From the NCBI GenBank assembly GCA_965214095.1, contig OZ243938.1, positions 512,001 to 576,000 on the forward strand: a stretch of 64,000 nt of DNA, in the 5' to 3' direction. A program made the translations under genes and the position numbers. This document shows positions 30,195-39,330 of this stretch, piece after piece (positions within the stretch are counted from its first letter, which is position 1; every line of letters starts with the position of its first letter). The DNA is from Candidatus Poribacteria bacterium (lineage in GTDB: Bacteria; Poribacteria; WGA-4E; WGA-3G). The notes beneath the pieces were generated by a model, which did not search any database, was not told where the DNA came from, and saw only the letters and a program-made list of their open reading frames with translations.

Positions 30195-31055
30195 ATGGCT
30201 CATGTATGGAGAAAAGAACAGAAAGACAACAGCAGAATCCTTGATAAGTTTTACACGAAACACGAGGTAGTCAAAAGGTGTTTAGATGAAGTCCATAAAC
30301 TACCTTACACCTATGACTGCGTGATAGAACCTTCTGCGGGGAACGGGGCTTTTTATCAGAATATTGAACATCATACTAAAATAGGAATTGATATTGATCC
30401 GCAACATGATGAGATTATCAAAGGTGACTGGTTCAATTACAAAATTAGTGAAGTTTACGAATGTGTATTAGTTATAGGGAATCCCCCGTTCGGTCAATAT
30501 CAGAAACACTCTTCAAACTTTATATCTCATGCTATCTCATTTCGTAATGTTCAAACGATTGCTTTTATTCTACCAGATGTTTATAGAAAACATACACAGC
30601 AAAAAATATTGCCTTATGATTGGAGAATAGTCTCCATCACTGAATTAGGAAGGAATTGCTTCACATTAGATGGAAAGGATTATCATGTACCAGCGAGTTT
30701 TTTTATCTTTGATAAATCAAAAGGAAAAGATTTAAGAGTTAATCCAAATGCCTACACAGAAACAAACGATTTTAAATTCTCCAATAAAGATGATTTTGAC
30801 ATATTTGTATTTGGTGCTTCCCCAAAAAGAATTACAAAAAATCCAACACCAAACAATAGAGGGTACTTCCTTAAGTCGAAAATTCCAGTAGAAGATTTAA
30901 TATCGCGAATCAAAGCAGTTGATTGGAATGGAAATTCTTGTGCAAATGGTGGCGTATATTGGCTAACAAAATATGAATTTTTGGAGCAATATATAAAATG
31001 CCATGAACCAGATAGAGTTAAAGAAAGTCAGAGAAGTTTATTCGATCTTCTATAG
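30195..31055 (+). CDS. Amino (N6A/N4C) DNA methyltransferase
   Basis: DKFYT, IEPSAGNGAF and IGNPPFG motifs. Confidence 0.8.
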   Translation: MAHVWRKEQKDNSRILDKFYTKHEVVKRCLDEVHKLPYTYDCVIEPSAGNGAFYQNIEHHTKIGIDIDPQHDEIIKGDWFNYKISEVYECVLVIGNPPFGQYQKHSSNFISHAISFRNVQTIAFILPDVYRKHTQQKILPYDWRIVSITELGRNCFTLDGKDYHVPASFFIFDKSKGKDLRVNPNAYTETNDFKFSNKDDFDIFVFGASPKRITKNPTPNNRGYFLKSKIPVEDLISRIKAVDWNGNSCANGGVYWLTKYEFLEQYIKCHEPDRVKESQRSLFDLL

Positions 31056-31103
31056 CGCAAATGTGTTAAGAAAAAACTTCCGACATTTTCACTAGTAAAC
31101 GCC

Positions 31104-31682
31104 ATGAACCAAACAGAACTAAAGAACACGATACATTACATCTTAGACAACTTAGATAACAGTAGAAAAGTTCTGAGTAGTGCAGCAAGTATTAAGGATA
31201 AATTAATTGATTTAACCTTTGAACAAACAATTTCTGAAAAAGAATTTTACAAAATAAGTAGTATTTTGACTCCGCAATCGAGAAGTCCTATGTGGGAAAA
31301 ATATTTCATAGTAAAGCATGATTGTGAAAAAGTCAACAAAAATAAAGAAAGAGGAGACTTCCAAAAGAACGGTAGATACTATGAATACAAATGTTCTGGC
31401 TACAATCAGGATAATGCTGTTCATATTGTTCAAATTAGACCATGGCAGAATTGTGATTATATTGTTCAGTCAATCTCCGATAATGGTGCGATTACTTTTG
31501 TTCTAACTCATGCGGAAGTGATGTTAGAAATGAGGTTACTCAAAGCGTCTCGCGCACATGGAACTAAAGTTCTAAGAAATAATGAAAACATAGAATTCAG
31601 AATGACCCTGAAGATAGATTCGGATGATTGGCAAAGATGGATAAATAACTATCTCAGGAAGGATGATTTTTTTCAACATTGA
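31104..31682 (+). CDS. Putative type II restriction endonuclease
   Basis: WEKYF...RGDF...YEYKCS...VQIRP (PD-(D/E)xK-like); lies directly downstream of the methyltransferase. Confidence 0.55.
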   Translation: MNQTELKNTIHYILDNLDNSRKVLSSAASIKDKLIDLTFEQTISEKEFYKISSILTPQSRSPMWEKYFIVKHDCEKVNKNKERGDFQKNGRYYEYKCSGYNQDNAVHIVQIRPWQNCDYIVQSISDNGAITFVLTHAEVMLEMRLLKASRAHGTKVLRNNENIEFRMTLKIDSDDWQRWINNYLRKDDFFQH

Positions 31683-31695
31683 AAGTATTTACTTT

Positions 31696-32484
31696 ATGCA
31701 AAAAATTAGAATTAAAAGCAGATTAGAAATAGAGAAAATGAAACGCAGCGGACAAGCCGCAGCAACTGTCCTGAAGACAATCGCAGATGCAATTCAACCC
31801 GGTGTATCTACTTACGAACTGGAGATGTTATCTCGCAAAGCAATTGCTGAAATTAACGCCACATCTTCATTCCTTAACTATGTCATTCCAGACCATCCGC
31901 CATATCCAGCCACGATTTGTGTCTCAGTCAACAACATTGTGATCCACGGGATTCCTGACCAAAATGAAGTCCTTAAGGAAGGGGACATCATTGGTGTAGA
32001 CACTGCTGTACATATTGATGGTTATCATGGTGATAACGCGTTTACTTTTCCCGTAGGACAGATTCCACCTGATGCACAGAAGTTACTTGAAGTGACAAAA
32101 GAGTCATTATATGCAGCAATCTCAGAAGCAAAACCCGGGAACCGTATGGGTGATGTCTCTTATCAACTGCAAAATGTTGCTGAAAAAGCCGGTTTTTCTG
32201 TGCTGCAGAACTATTCCGGACACGGAATCGGTCGTAACCTACATGAAGACCCACAAGTACCTACTAACGGAACACCGGGACGCGGAACACGACTCAGACC
32301 AGGTATGGTGCTGGCAATTGAGGCTATGGTGAATGCTGGTCATCCCGATGTTGATGTTATGGACGATGGTTGGGGGATTGAAACTACCGATGGAAGTCTA
32401 TCTGCACTCTTTGAACATACAGTAGCAATCCTATCTGATGGACCAGAAATACTAACGGGGAGTCCGATATGGGAAGATCTGTAA
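31696..32484 (+). CDS. map: Type I methionine aminopeptidase
   Basis: ICVSVN...HGIP, GDIIGVD, GHGIG...HEDP, AIEAMV and SALFEHTV motifs. Confidence 0.95.
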   Translation: MQKIRIKSRLEIEKMKRSGQAAATVLKTIADAIQPGVSTYELEMLSRKAIAEINATSSFLNYVIPDHPPYPATICVSVNNIVIHGIPDQNEVLKEGDIIGVDTAVHIDGYHGDNAFTFPVGQIPPDAQKLLEVTKESLYAAISEAKPGNRMGDVSYQLQNVAEKAGFSVLQNYSGHGIGRNLHEDPQVPTNGTPGRGTRLRPGMVLAIEAMVNAGHPDVDVMDDGWGIETTDGSLSALFEHTVAILSDGPEILTGSPIWEDL

Positions 32485-33143
32485 AAATCCTTACGGTCGT
32501 TATTGCAGTCTTATTTTTTATCTCGTTGTATCTGATTTTTAGTTACGCACAGGTTGAAAAGACAATGTTAGAGGTGCAGAAGATTTTCTATCTGCACGTA
32601 TCAGCTGCGATGACTGTTTACCTTGCGTTTGGAGTCAACTTTCTCTTTAGCATCAAGTATCTGGTTAAACGCAAATTGAACGATGACCTATTAGCTGTCG
32701 CAGCCGCAGAAATAGGTCTTGTTTTTTGTACTATTGTCCTACTTTCTGGTCCTATTTGGGCAAAATACGCGTGGAATACTTGGTGGAATTGGGAGGCACG
32801 CCTGACCAGCACACTCGTTCTGTGGCTAATGTATGTTGGCTATTTCATTCTTCGTTCTGCTTTAGCTGAAGACAAACGTAGACAATATTCGGCAGTACTT
32901 GGTATTATTGCTTTCTTTGATGTACCAATAGTTCATTATGCTACAAAATTCTGGGAAGGAAAACTTCATCCGGAGCGAGGATCTAAAATCAACGTCGAAC
33001 CAACAATCCTACATACATGGCTAATCGTGTTAGTAGTATTCATTGGACTTTTTTCGTTGCTGTTAATTTTACAGTTTCTGAACAAAAAGGCAGAATCACG
33101 CTATGAGGCTCTCCGCCGAAAACACATAGAGGAATCATCTTGA
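32469..33143 (+). CDS. ccmC: Cytochrome c biogenesis heme exporter protein C
   Basis: IFYLHV and the Trp-rich motif GPIWAKYAWNTWWNWEARLTS. Confidence 0.88.
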   Translation: MGRSVKILTVVIAVLFFISLYLIFSYAQVEKTMLEVQKIFYLHVSAAMTVYLAFGVNFLFSIKYLVKRKLNDDLLAVAAAEIGLVFCTIVLLSGPIWAKYAWNTWWNWEARLTSTLVLWLMYVGYFILRSALAEDKRRQYSAVLGIIAFFDVPIVHYATKFWEGKLHPERGSKINVEPTILHTWLIVLVVFIGLFSLLLILQFLNKKAESRYEALRRKHIEESS

Positions 33144-33493
33144 TGCGAATTATAATTATAATTAGTTTTCTAATCGTTGTCGGTTTGGTATTTTTAGCAA
33201 TTCAGGTGCCAACGTTGGACGAAAAAAAGGTTGACGCAGCTATTATGGAAGCAATATCAGACTCTCAAGTTGCTACGGAGAACCAAGACACAATAAAACA
33301 AGCTGTTACACTTACGATAGAAAAACTGGAAATGGCACAACAAAAACGTCTCAAATACCTCGTCTCTGCCTATCTTGTTATTTGGTTGGTATTCATGCTT
33401 TACTTGGTGCGATTAGGGAAGCAGCAGAGCAAACTGGACCAACGCCTCTCCCAACTCGAACAAGACACACCAAACAGCGAAGAAGACGAGTAA
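33140..33493 (+). CDS. CcmD-like membrane protein with an N-terminal extension
   Basis: YLVSAYLVIWLVFMLYL followed by a charged coil; directly after ccmC. Confidence 0.65.
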   Translation: MMRIIIIISFLIVVGLVFLAIQVPTLDEKKVDAAIMEAISDSQVATENQDTIKQAVTLTIEKLEMAQQKRLKYLVSAYLVIWLVFMLYLVRLGKQQSKLDQRLSQLEQDTPNSEEDE

Positions 33494-33547
33494 TCTCACC
33501 CTCCATTTTCTCGTTTCACTGTCATAAACGCAGAAAGATCCAAAAAA

Positions 33548-35161
33548 ATGACTAAAAGAAAAATCGCTAATTTCAGCGAAATAAATGACCGTGAACCCCT
33601 CTATGCACTCGTAGCAAATGTTGATTTAGTTATAATTCGGTATGACAACCAAATATCTGTCCTATACGGACGTTGTCATCACCGCGGCGCGCTTCTCGCT
33701 GATGGTTATATTGATGGTGAGAACCTAATTTGTGGCGTTCACTTTTGGGATTACCGATACGATACAGGAATCAGCGAATACCATAATACAGAGCAACTCG
33801 CAAAATTTAATGCTTGGGTTGAAGACGATATCATTTATGTAGACGAAGATGAAATCAAAGAATGGGAAAAAAACAACCCGCAACCCTATCACCGCGATCA
33901 ATATCAAGGTACATATCAAGATGTTCACGGGACACCCGATGAACCTTATATCACAGAAATTCATGAATTAGCGACAAATGGTCTGAGTAAGGTTGGACAG
34001 CACGGGAAAACCGAAGCGATGGGTGTATTGCGAAAAGACCTACCGAATTGGGACGATCTACAATTCGTCGTTGCACAACTCCATAAAACACCTCAACTTG
34101 ACGAAGCAGAAGTTGACACAGAATTGGTCGTCGGTCCGCGTGCAAAAAACCCAGTAAAGTTGGAAATTCCTATATTCGTCTCCGATATGAGCTTTGGAGC
34201 ACTCTCTGCAGAGGCGAAAATTGCTTTAGCAAAAGGTGCTGAACTCGCTGGAACTGCTATCTGTTCTGGTGAAGGCGGGATGTTACAAGCAGAAGCAGTT
34301 GAAAACTCACGCTATTTCTACGAACTCGCATCCGCAAGATTTGGATTCTCTTTTGATAAATTGGATCATGCTCAAGCTTTTCACTTCAAAGGCGGACAAG
34401 GAGCAAAGACAGGAACTGGTGGACATCTACCAGGAAACAAGGTGACTGAGGAGATCGCCACCGTTCGCGGATTATCAGCAGGACAACCCGCAATATCACC
34501 AGCAAGGTTTCCTAATTGGGAAACTTTAGAGGACTATGCAAAATTCGCTGAATTAATCCGAAAAGAAACTGGTGGAATTCCAATTGGATTTAAACTCTCC
34601 GCGCAACATATAGAAAAGGATATTGAAGCAGCTCTTCACATCGGAGTGGATTATATCATCTTAGATGGACGGGGTGGAGGAACAGGTGCTGCACCTCTAT
34701 TGTTCAGAGATAACATCTCAGTGCCTACAATGCCTGCGTTAGCTCGTGCACGGAAATACCTTGATGATACAGGAAACAAGGACGTTACGCTTATTATCAC
34801 GGGTGGATTAAGGACTGCAGCAGATTTTGCTAAGGCTTTAGCACTCGGTGCAGATGGAGTTGCAATAGCCAACTCCGCAATGCAGGCAATCGGGTGTATT
34901 GGCATGCGAGCATGTCATACGAACAACTGTCCTGTCGGCATTGCAACACAAAAGGATCATTTACGTTCACGTCTAAAGGTGGAAATAGCAGCACAAAGGT
35001 TGAACAGATTCTTAACATCTTCAGTTGAATTGATGCAGGTATTAGCGCGTGCTTGTGGACATACCCACCTGAATCAATTTAACATTAACGATCTCACGGC
35101 ATGGAAACGCGAAATAGCATATTTAACAGGTGTTCAGTATGCAGGAGTAGTTCCGTTGTAG
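33548..35161 (+). CDS. Rieske [2Fe-2S] domain fused to an FMN-binding glutamate synthase-related domain
   Basis: GRCHHRGA...ICGVHFW; DMSFGALS, GEGG, GQGAKTGTGGHL, DGRGGGTGAAP and GCIGMRACHTNNCPVG motifs. Confidence 0.88.
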   Translation: MTKRKIANFSEINDREPLYALVANVDLVIIRYDNQISVLYGRCHHRGALLADGYIDGENLICGVHFWDYRYDTGISEYHNTEQLAKFNAWVEDDIIYVDEDEIKEWEKNNPQPYHRDQYQGTYQDVHGTPDEPYITEIHELATNGLSKVGQHGKTEAMGVLRKDLPNWDDLQFVVAQLHKTPQLDEAEVDTELVVGPRAKNPVKLEIPIFVSDMSFGALSAEAKIALAKGAELAGTAICSGEGGMLQAEAVENSRYFYELASARFGFSFDKLDHAQAFHFKGGQGAKTGTGGHLPGNKVTEEIATVRGLSAGQPAISPARFPNWETLEDYAKFAELIRKETGGIPIGFKLSAQHIEKDIEAALHIGVDYIILDGRGGGTGAAPLLFRDNISVPTMPALARARKYLDDTGNKDVTLIITGGLRTAADFAKALALGADGVAIANSAMQAIGCIGMRACHTNNCPVGIATQKDHLRSRLKVEIAAQRLNRFLTSSVELMQVLARACGHTHLNQFNINDLTAWKREIAYLTGVQYAGVVPL

Positions 35162-35165
35162 TCAT

Positions 35166-35930
35166 TTACGTATCGTTATCTGGAATCTCATCCCAATTAT
35201 ACTCAGGTGAATATCCCAAATCCTTCTCTGCTTGCTTCCAATCATAACGCGAGTCTTCTCGACCTGCGACTGCGTTATATGCACCATAATTGATTGTTTC
35301 GCTCTCAATAGCACGTTCTACGCACTGTGCTACATCCCTCGGATCCACATAAACAAACCAAGGTTCGGTAACAACAGCAGGGACAGAGGGACCAGGATTA
35401 AGTCCATCACCATCTATTACTCCCGGACGGATATGTATAACTTTTAACCCGTGTGCCTGATGGTAGGCTAAACATATTTCCTCTCCAAGATGTTTTGAGA
35501 GTGAATAATATATGTCACCCCCGCCAAACTGAAACGCATCTCCAACTTTGTACGGTATCTCAACACCTGCTGCAGGTGGACATGCTGAGATACTTGAGAT
35601 ATTCACAAGTTTTTGCACACCCTGACGAACACAAGCCTCCGCTATATTCCAAGTGCCTTTGACCATCACTTCAGTATATAATGAGAGCGGTTTACCATGT
35701 CGTTCACGCACCAAAGCAACCAGATGGATTACCGCATCGTGTTCAGCACAAGCAGCTTCAATTTCTGACAAATCTGTTACATCTGCTTTGATGAACGTAG
35801 CACCATCAGACACTTGATCCGGTTCAACTATATCAGTTAATGTTAGTTCGTAATTTGGGTGCAACCGTTCAATAATAAATTGTGCAAGGTATCCAGATGC
35901 ACCGGTGATCAATATATTTTCTATTGCCAT
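35166..35930 (-). CDS. NAD-dependent epimerase/dehydratase family oxidoreductase
   Basis: ITGASGYLA and YSLSK (YxxxK) motifs. Confidence 0.88.
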   Translation of the reverse strand: MAIENILITGASGYLAQFIIERLHPNYELTLTDIVEPDQVSDGATFIKADVTDLSEIEAACAEHDAVIHLVALVRERHGKPLSLYTEVMVKGTWNIAEACVRQGVQKLVNISSISACPPAAGVEIPYKVGDAFQFGGGDIYYSLSKHLGEEICLAYHQAHGLKVIHIRPGVIDGDGLNPGPSVPAVVTEPWFVYVDPRDVAQCVERAIESETINYGAYNAVAGREDSRYDWKQAEKDLGYSPEYNWDEIPDNDT

Positions 35931-35941
35931 CAGTTGAAATG

Positions 35942-36286
35942 CTATCCATTTACAAAAGGAGGATCGGTATAGAGCGTATCATTGTAACCCACATAAAATA
36001 CATTCCCAGTCCTAATAGTCGGAGCACGCAAACTACCACTACGTCCAAGTACTGCTTTGAGCACGGATTCACGATCATCTTCGTTAGGTTGGAAGGTTGC
36101 CACACTTTTCCCTTTTGCCACAACGATACTTTCAGCAGATTCCAACAAATCCCATACCGCATCTGCCTCTAACTTCTCTTTTCGTGCATCTGTCCGTTCT
36201 TTTACTTCTAAGTCATTCGTGTCAAGAAACTCTTGAACTTTCTTACACGAGTTTCAACTGTTCCTAAAATATATCCAATCAATCAT
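35942..36286 (-). CDS. ArsC/glutaredoxin-like (seleno)protein with in-frame UGA (UxxC)
   Basis: ATG 36286 overlaps the upstream stop (TAATG) and has GGAGG upstream. Reads MIDWIYFRNS-UGA-NSCKKVQEFL...LGRSGSLRAPTI; hairpin directly after the UGA. Confidence 0.85.
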
Positions 36287-37284
36287 TATAAATCCTCCAC
36301 TCTGACAAATTTTCCAGTATTACGGCTATTAATCGCCGCGTCAATCAATGCCAGTGTTTCAAGTGCATCTGCAAAATCTGAACGGATTAACGTCCTATCA
36401 CCCGTTTCAATTGCACGCAGCCATGCACCTGTCTTGTCTAAACCTAAACTGTTAATCGGAGCTGCAGGTTCATCTATTGTCTCACCATTTAGATAACCGC
36501 GTATTGCATTGTCCGACATTTTACCTTGTAAGTGTATATGAGGTCCGATCACCTCAACATCAAAACAGAAACCTTCGGTTCCACAATGATTCATGTGTGT
36601 CCCAAAGACACCGTTATCCAATTCGTAAGTCATTTGGATGGCGTTTTCAGCATCAAATTCTGTTCTATCCAACGCCATGTTTTTGACTGCCAACGCGTGT
36701 GCTTGTATCGGTTTAGGCTTTCCCAACACATAACGCGCACAATCCAACACATGCACTGCTTGTTCCGCTAATGGACCACCACTGATGTCTGACTGCAGAA
36801 ACCAATACGGCATTTGGAAATTGAGATAGTAACTTATTGTGCAGACTGTTCTGACAAGATGGACAGTTTCAGCTGCAATCAATTCCTTCATCCGCTCATA
36901 AAGTGGATGGTAGCGGAGTTGAAATCCAACGGCTGCAATCATACCCGATGCCTCAATGTATTCAAGACATTTTCGTCCATCAGAAATATTTAGTGCAGGT
37001 GGTTTTTCAACCAGAATTGGGATGCCACGTTCACATGCCATCTGGATAGGTTCTAAACGAACAGGGGGTGGTGTTGTAATCACCACCCCGTCCAATTCTA
37101 CGTCAAAAAAAGCATGTAATACATCGGTAAAATGTTCAGCATTTGCATGGGTTGTCAACGCTTTCGCAGCATCAGATAGAACATCGTGAACAGCAACAAC
37201 ACGAGCACCGTAATTCGTTACCGCATCACAGTGGTGTCTACCCATTCTGCCAGCACCGATAATACCAATTGATAATTGATTCAC
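36286..37284 (-). CDS. Gfo/Idh/MocA family oxidoreductase
   Basis: IGAGRMG, LVEKPPA, VGFQLRY and SGGPLAEQAVH motifs. Confidence 0.92.
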   Translation of the reverse strand: MNQLSIGIIGAGRMGRHHCDAVTNYGARVVAVHDVLSDAAKALTTHANAEHFTDVLHAFFDVELDGVVITTPPPVRLEPIQMACERGIPILVEKPPALNISDGRKCLEYIEASGMIAAVGFQLRYHPLYERMKELIAAETVHLVRTVCTISYYLNFQMPYWFLQSDISGGPLAEQAVHVLDCARYVLGKPKPIQAHALAVKNMALDRTEFDAENAIQMTYELDNGVFGTHMNHCGTEGFCFDVEVIGPHIHLQGKMSDNAIRGYLNGETIDEPAAPINSLGLDKTGAWLRAIETGDRTLIRSDFADALETLALIDAAINSRNTGKFVRVEDL

Positions 37285-37320
37285 GCTGTTATATTACTCA
37301 CTGAAGTTTGTCGTGGTATT

Positions 37321-37434
37321 ATACCATTTCTAATTGAAAACACCGCATTATTGTAGCACAAACTGCCAGTTTGTGCCGTCCTTCAAGACATTCTTAACAA
37401 ATGTTAATGGGATAAGCATTTATAGAAATGGTAT
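37321..37434. mobile_element. Family A MITE-like element, copy 3
   Basis: ATACCATTTCTA...TAGAAATGGTAT, 114 bp, abutting the stop codon at 37434. Confidence 0.85.
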
Positions 37435-38144
37435 TACTTACGCTTTAAGCTTCCCCAGGTAACTGCAATTTTACCTTTAGGTTCAACTGGTGTGGCTGCT
37501 CCTCCTGGAGTTACGACAAATATATTATCGTACTGAGCGTGTTCAGCACCACTCATACGGAAACCAATCTTTCCCATTGAGAAAGCCTTTTGCGAATCTG
37601 TCCATTCACTCACGAAAGATAACTCAGTACCAATTCCACCAACCGGTCCGATGTAAGCCTTAAAATTGGATCCTGACCGCACCTCAAATTTGGCACGATA
37701 CCAGATACCTTGTTCACGGTCAACACCATCTTCAAATGCACCTGGTTCAGCAGCCCATCCACCGTTTACTCTTCTGTGCCAACGGATGTGTTGTGGTGTA
37801 TGTCCAGATGCTGCAGTAGAAACTTGGTGCATATAGATATTGTTCGCATCTTGTCCATGGAAAATAAATCCTGTTAAACCATTTTGGACTGCTTTAAAAT
37901 CAGCATAGTAGTCATATTCTTCTGGAAACTCATCAACACTAAGTCCAACATCACCGCCGGGAACAAATAGAACATTGTTGCCTAATGCATCATGACCATC
38001 TGCATTCTCTTCAAGCACCCAAGTATTTTTGGGAACCCATTTTGTATCGTCAATGTTTTCACTCTCAAAATCATCATGAAACAGTATTTCTGCTGAAACA
38101 GTAGCAGCACATAGTATTAGTATTAAACAGACAAAGTAACGCAT
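37434..38144 (-). CDS. Secreted concanavalin-like (DUF1080-like) protein with a C-terminal VEP..TWG motif, paralog 1
   Basis: Signal peptide; LFHDDFE; WY...GKIGF...YDNI; ends PVEPKGKIAVTWGSLKRK. Confidence 0.8.
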   Translation of the reverse strand: MRYFVCLILILCAATVSAEILFHDDFESENIDDTKWVPKNTWVLEENADGHDALGNNVLFVPGGDVGLSVDEFPEEYDYYADFKAVQNGLTGFIFHGQDANNIYMHQVSTAASGHTPQHIRWHRRVNGGWAAEPGAFEDGVDREQGIWYRAKFEVRSGSNFKAYIGPVGGIGTELSFVSEWTDSQKAFSMGKIGFRMSGAEHAQYDNIFVVTPGGAATPVEPKGKIAVTWGSLKRK

Positions 38145-38336
38145 ATAAAAGAATCTCCTTGTGTTATAAGAAAACAGATGAAACGATGTTCATCCTGACT
38201 ATCATTTATATTAGATTTTTAAACTCTAAAGTAATTTCAATCAACTATATTTGAATTATACCATATTTCTGTATTTTTGGTTACATTAATGGCATATAAA
38301 CAGGTAAAATAATAGAATATGTCATGAATAAATATT

Positions 38337-38583
38337 ATACCATTTCCAATTAAGAATATACCATTAATGAAATCGCTTGTTCGTAGTCGCGCAATTCATT
38401 GCGCCTCTTACATTTATAGTAAAAACCATAAATATTTACACACTACGGTAGGTTCGGTTTCCTAACCGAACCGGTGTTTGTTCAGTCTCATAGATGTGGT
38501 TAGGAAACCGCATCTACCGAGGAGTGTGCACGTATTTTTACATTTCACTATAAAAAAGTGCAAATCATTTTTAGAATTGGTAT
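38337..38583. mobile_element. Family-A-type shell containing a nested family B element
   Basis: ATACCATTTCCA...TAGAATTGGTAT with REP GTAGTCGCGCAATTCATTGCGC at 38383-38404; interrupted by 38415-38552. Confidence 0.75.
38415..38552. mobile_element. Family B MITE-like element, copy 2
   Basis: 138 bp, nearly identical to 14668-14805. Confidence 0.85.
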
Positions 38584-38601
38584 TACGTTTATTCTATTGG
38601 C

Positions 38602-39312
38602 TTATTTCTTCTTTATACTCCCCCATGTCACAGCGAGTTTCGCTTTTGGTTCAACAGGGAAGATGTCAAATCCTGCGGCAGCGACAACAATATTGTCATA
38701 TTGAGCCTGCTCTCCACCGCTCTTACGAAAGCCAATCTTTCCTTTCTCAAAAGATTTAGCACTATCCGTCCATTCACTTACAAGTGTAAGATCTTCATCT
38801 TCTGAACCGACATCACCTATAAATGCCTTAAAATTATAGTTCTTACGCACCTCAAACTTGATACGATACCATACATTCTGTTTTCGGTTTACACCATCTT
38901 CAAATGCACCGGGTTCTGCGGCCCATGCACCGTTAATTCTTCTGTGCCATCTGATGTGTTGCGGTGTATGTGCAGAACCATCAGTTGAAACTTGATGCAT
39001 GTATATGTTATTACCGTCTTGTCCATGGAACACAAATCCAGTCAAACCGTTCGTTGTGGCTTTAAAATCCGCGTAATAATCATATTCTTCTGGAAAATCA
39101 TCCACACTAAGTCCAACATCACCACCCTGGATATCAATGACTTTATTACCCAGTACATCATGATCATCCTCATTATCCACTATTTTCCAACTGGCTTGTG
39201 GTGACCATTTATCTTCATCAATCTTTCCACTTTCAAAGTCATCTTGAAACAGTATTTCAGCTGACACTGTGCTGACACATAATATCAACAACAAACAAAT
39301 TGCATAACGCAT
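38602..39312 (-). CDS. Secreted concanavalin-like protein, paralog 2
   Basis: Same length (236 aa) and extensive identity with 37434-38144; ends PVEPKAKLAVTWGSIKKK. Confidence 0.8.
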   Translation of the reverse strand: MRYAICLLLILCVSTVSAEILFQDDFESGKIDEDKWSPQASWKIVDNEDDHDVLGNKVIDIQGGDVGLSVDDFPEEYDYYADFKATTNGLTGFVFHGQDGNNIYMHQVSTDGSAHTPQHIRWHRRINGAWAAEPGAFEDGVNRKQNVWYRIKFEVRKNYNFKAFIGDVGSEDEDLTLVSEWTDSAKSFEKGKIGFRKSGGEQAQYDNIVVAAAGFDIFPVEPKAKLAVTWGSIKKK

Positions 39313-39330
39313 AATTATTCTCCTATTTTA

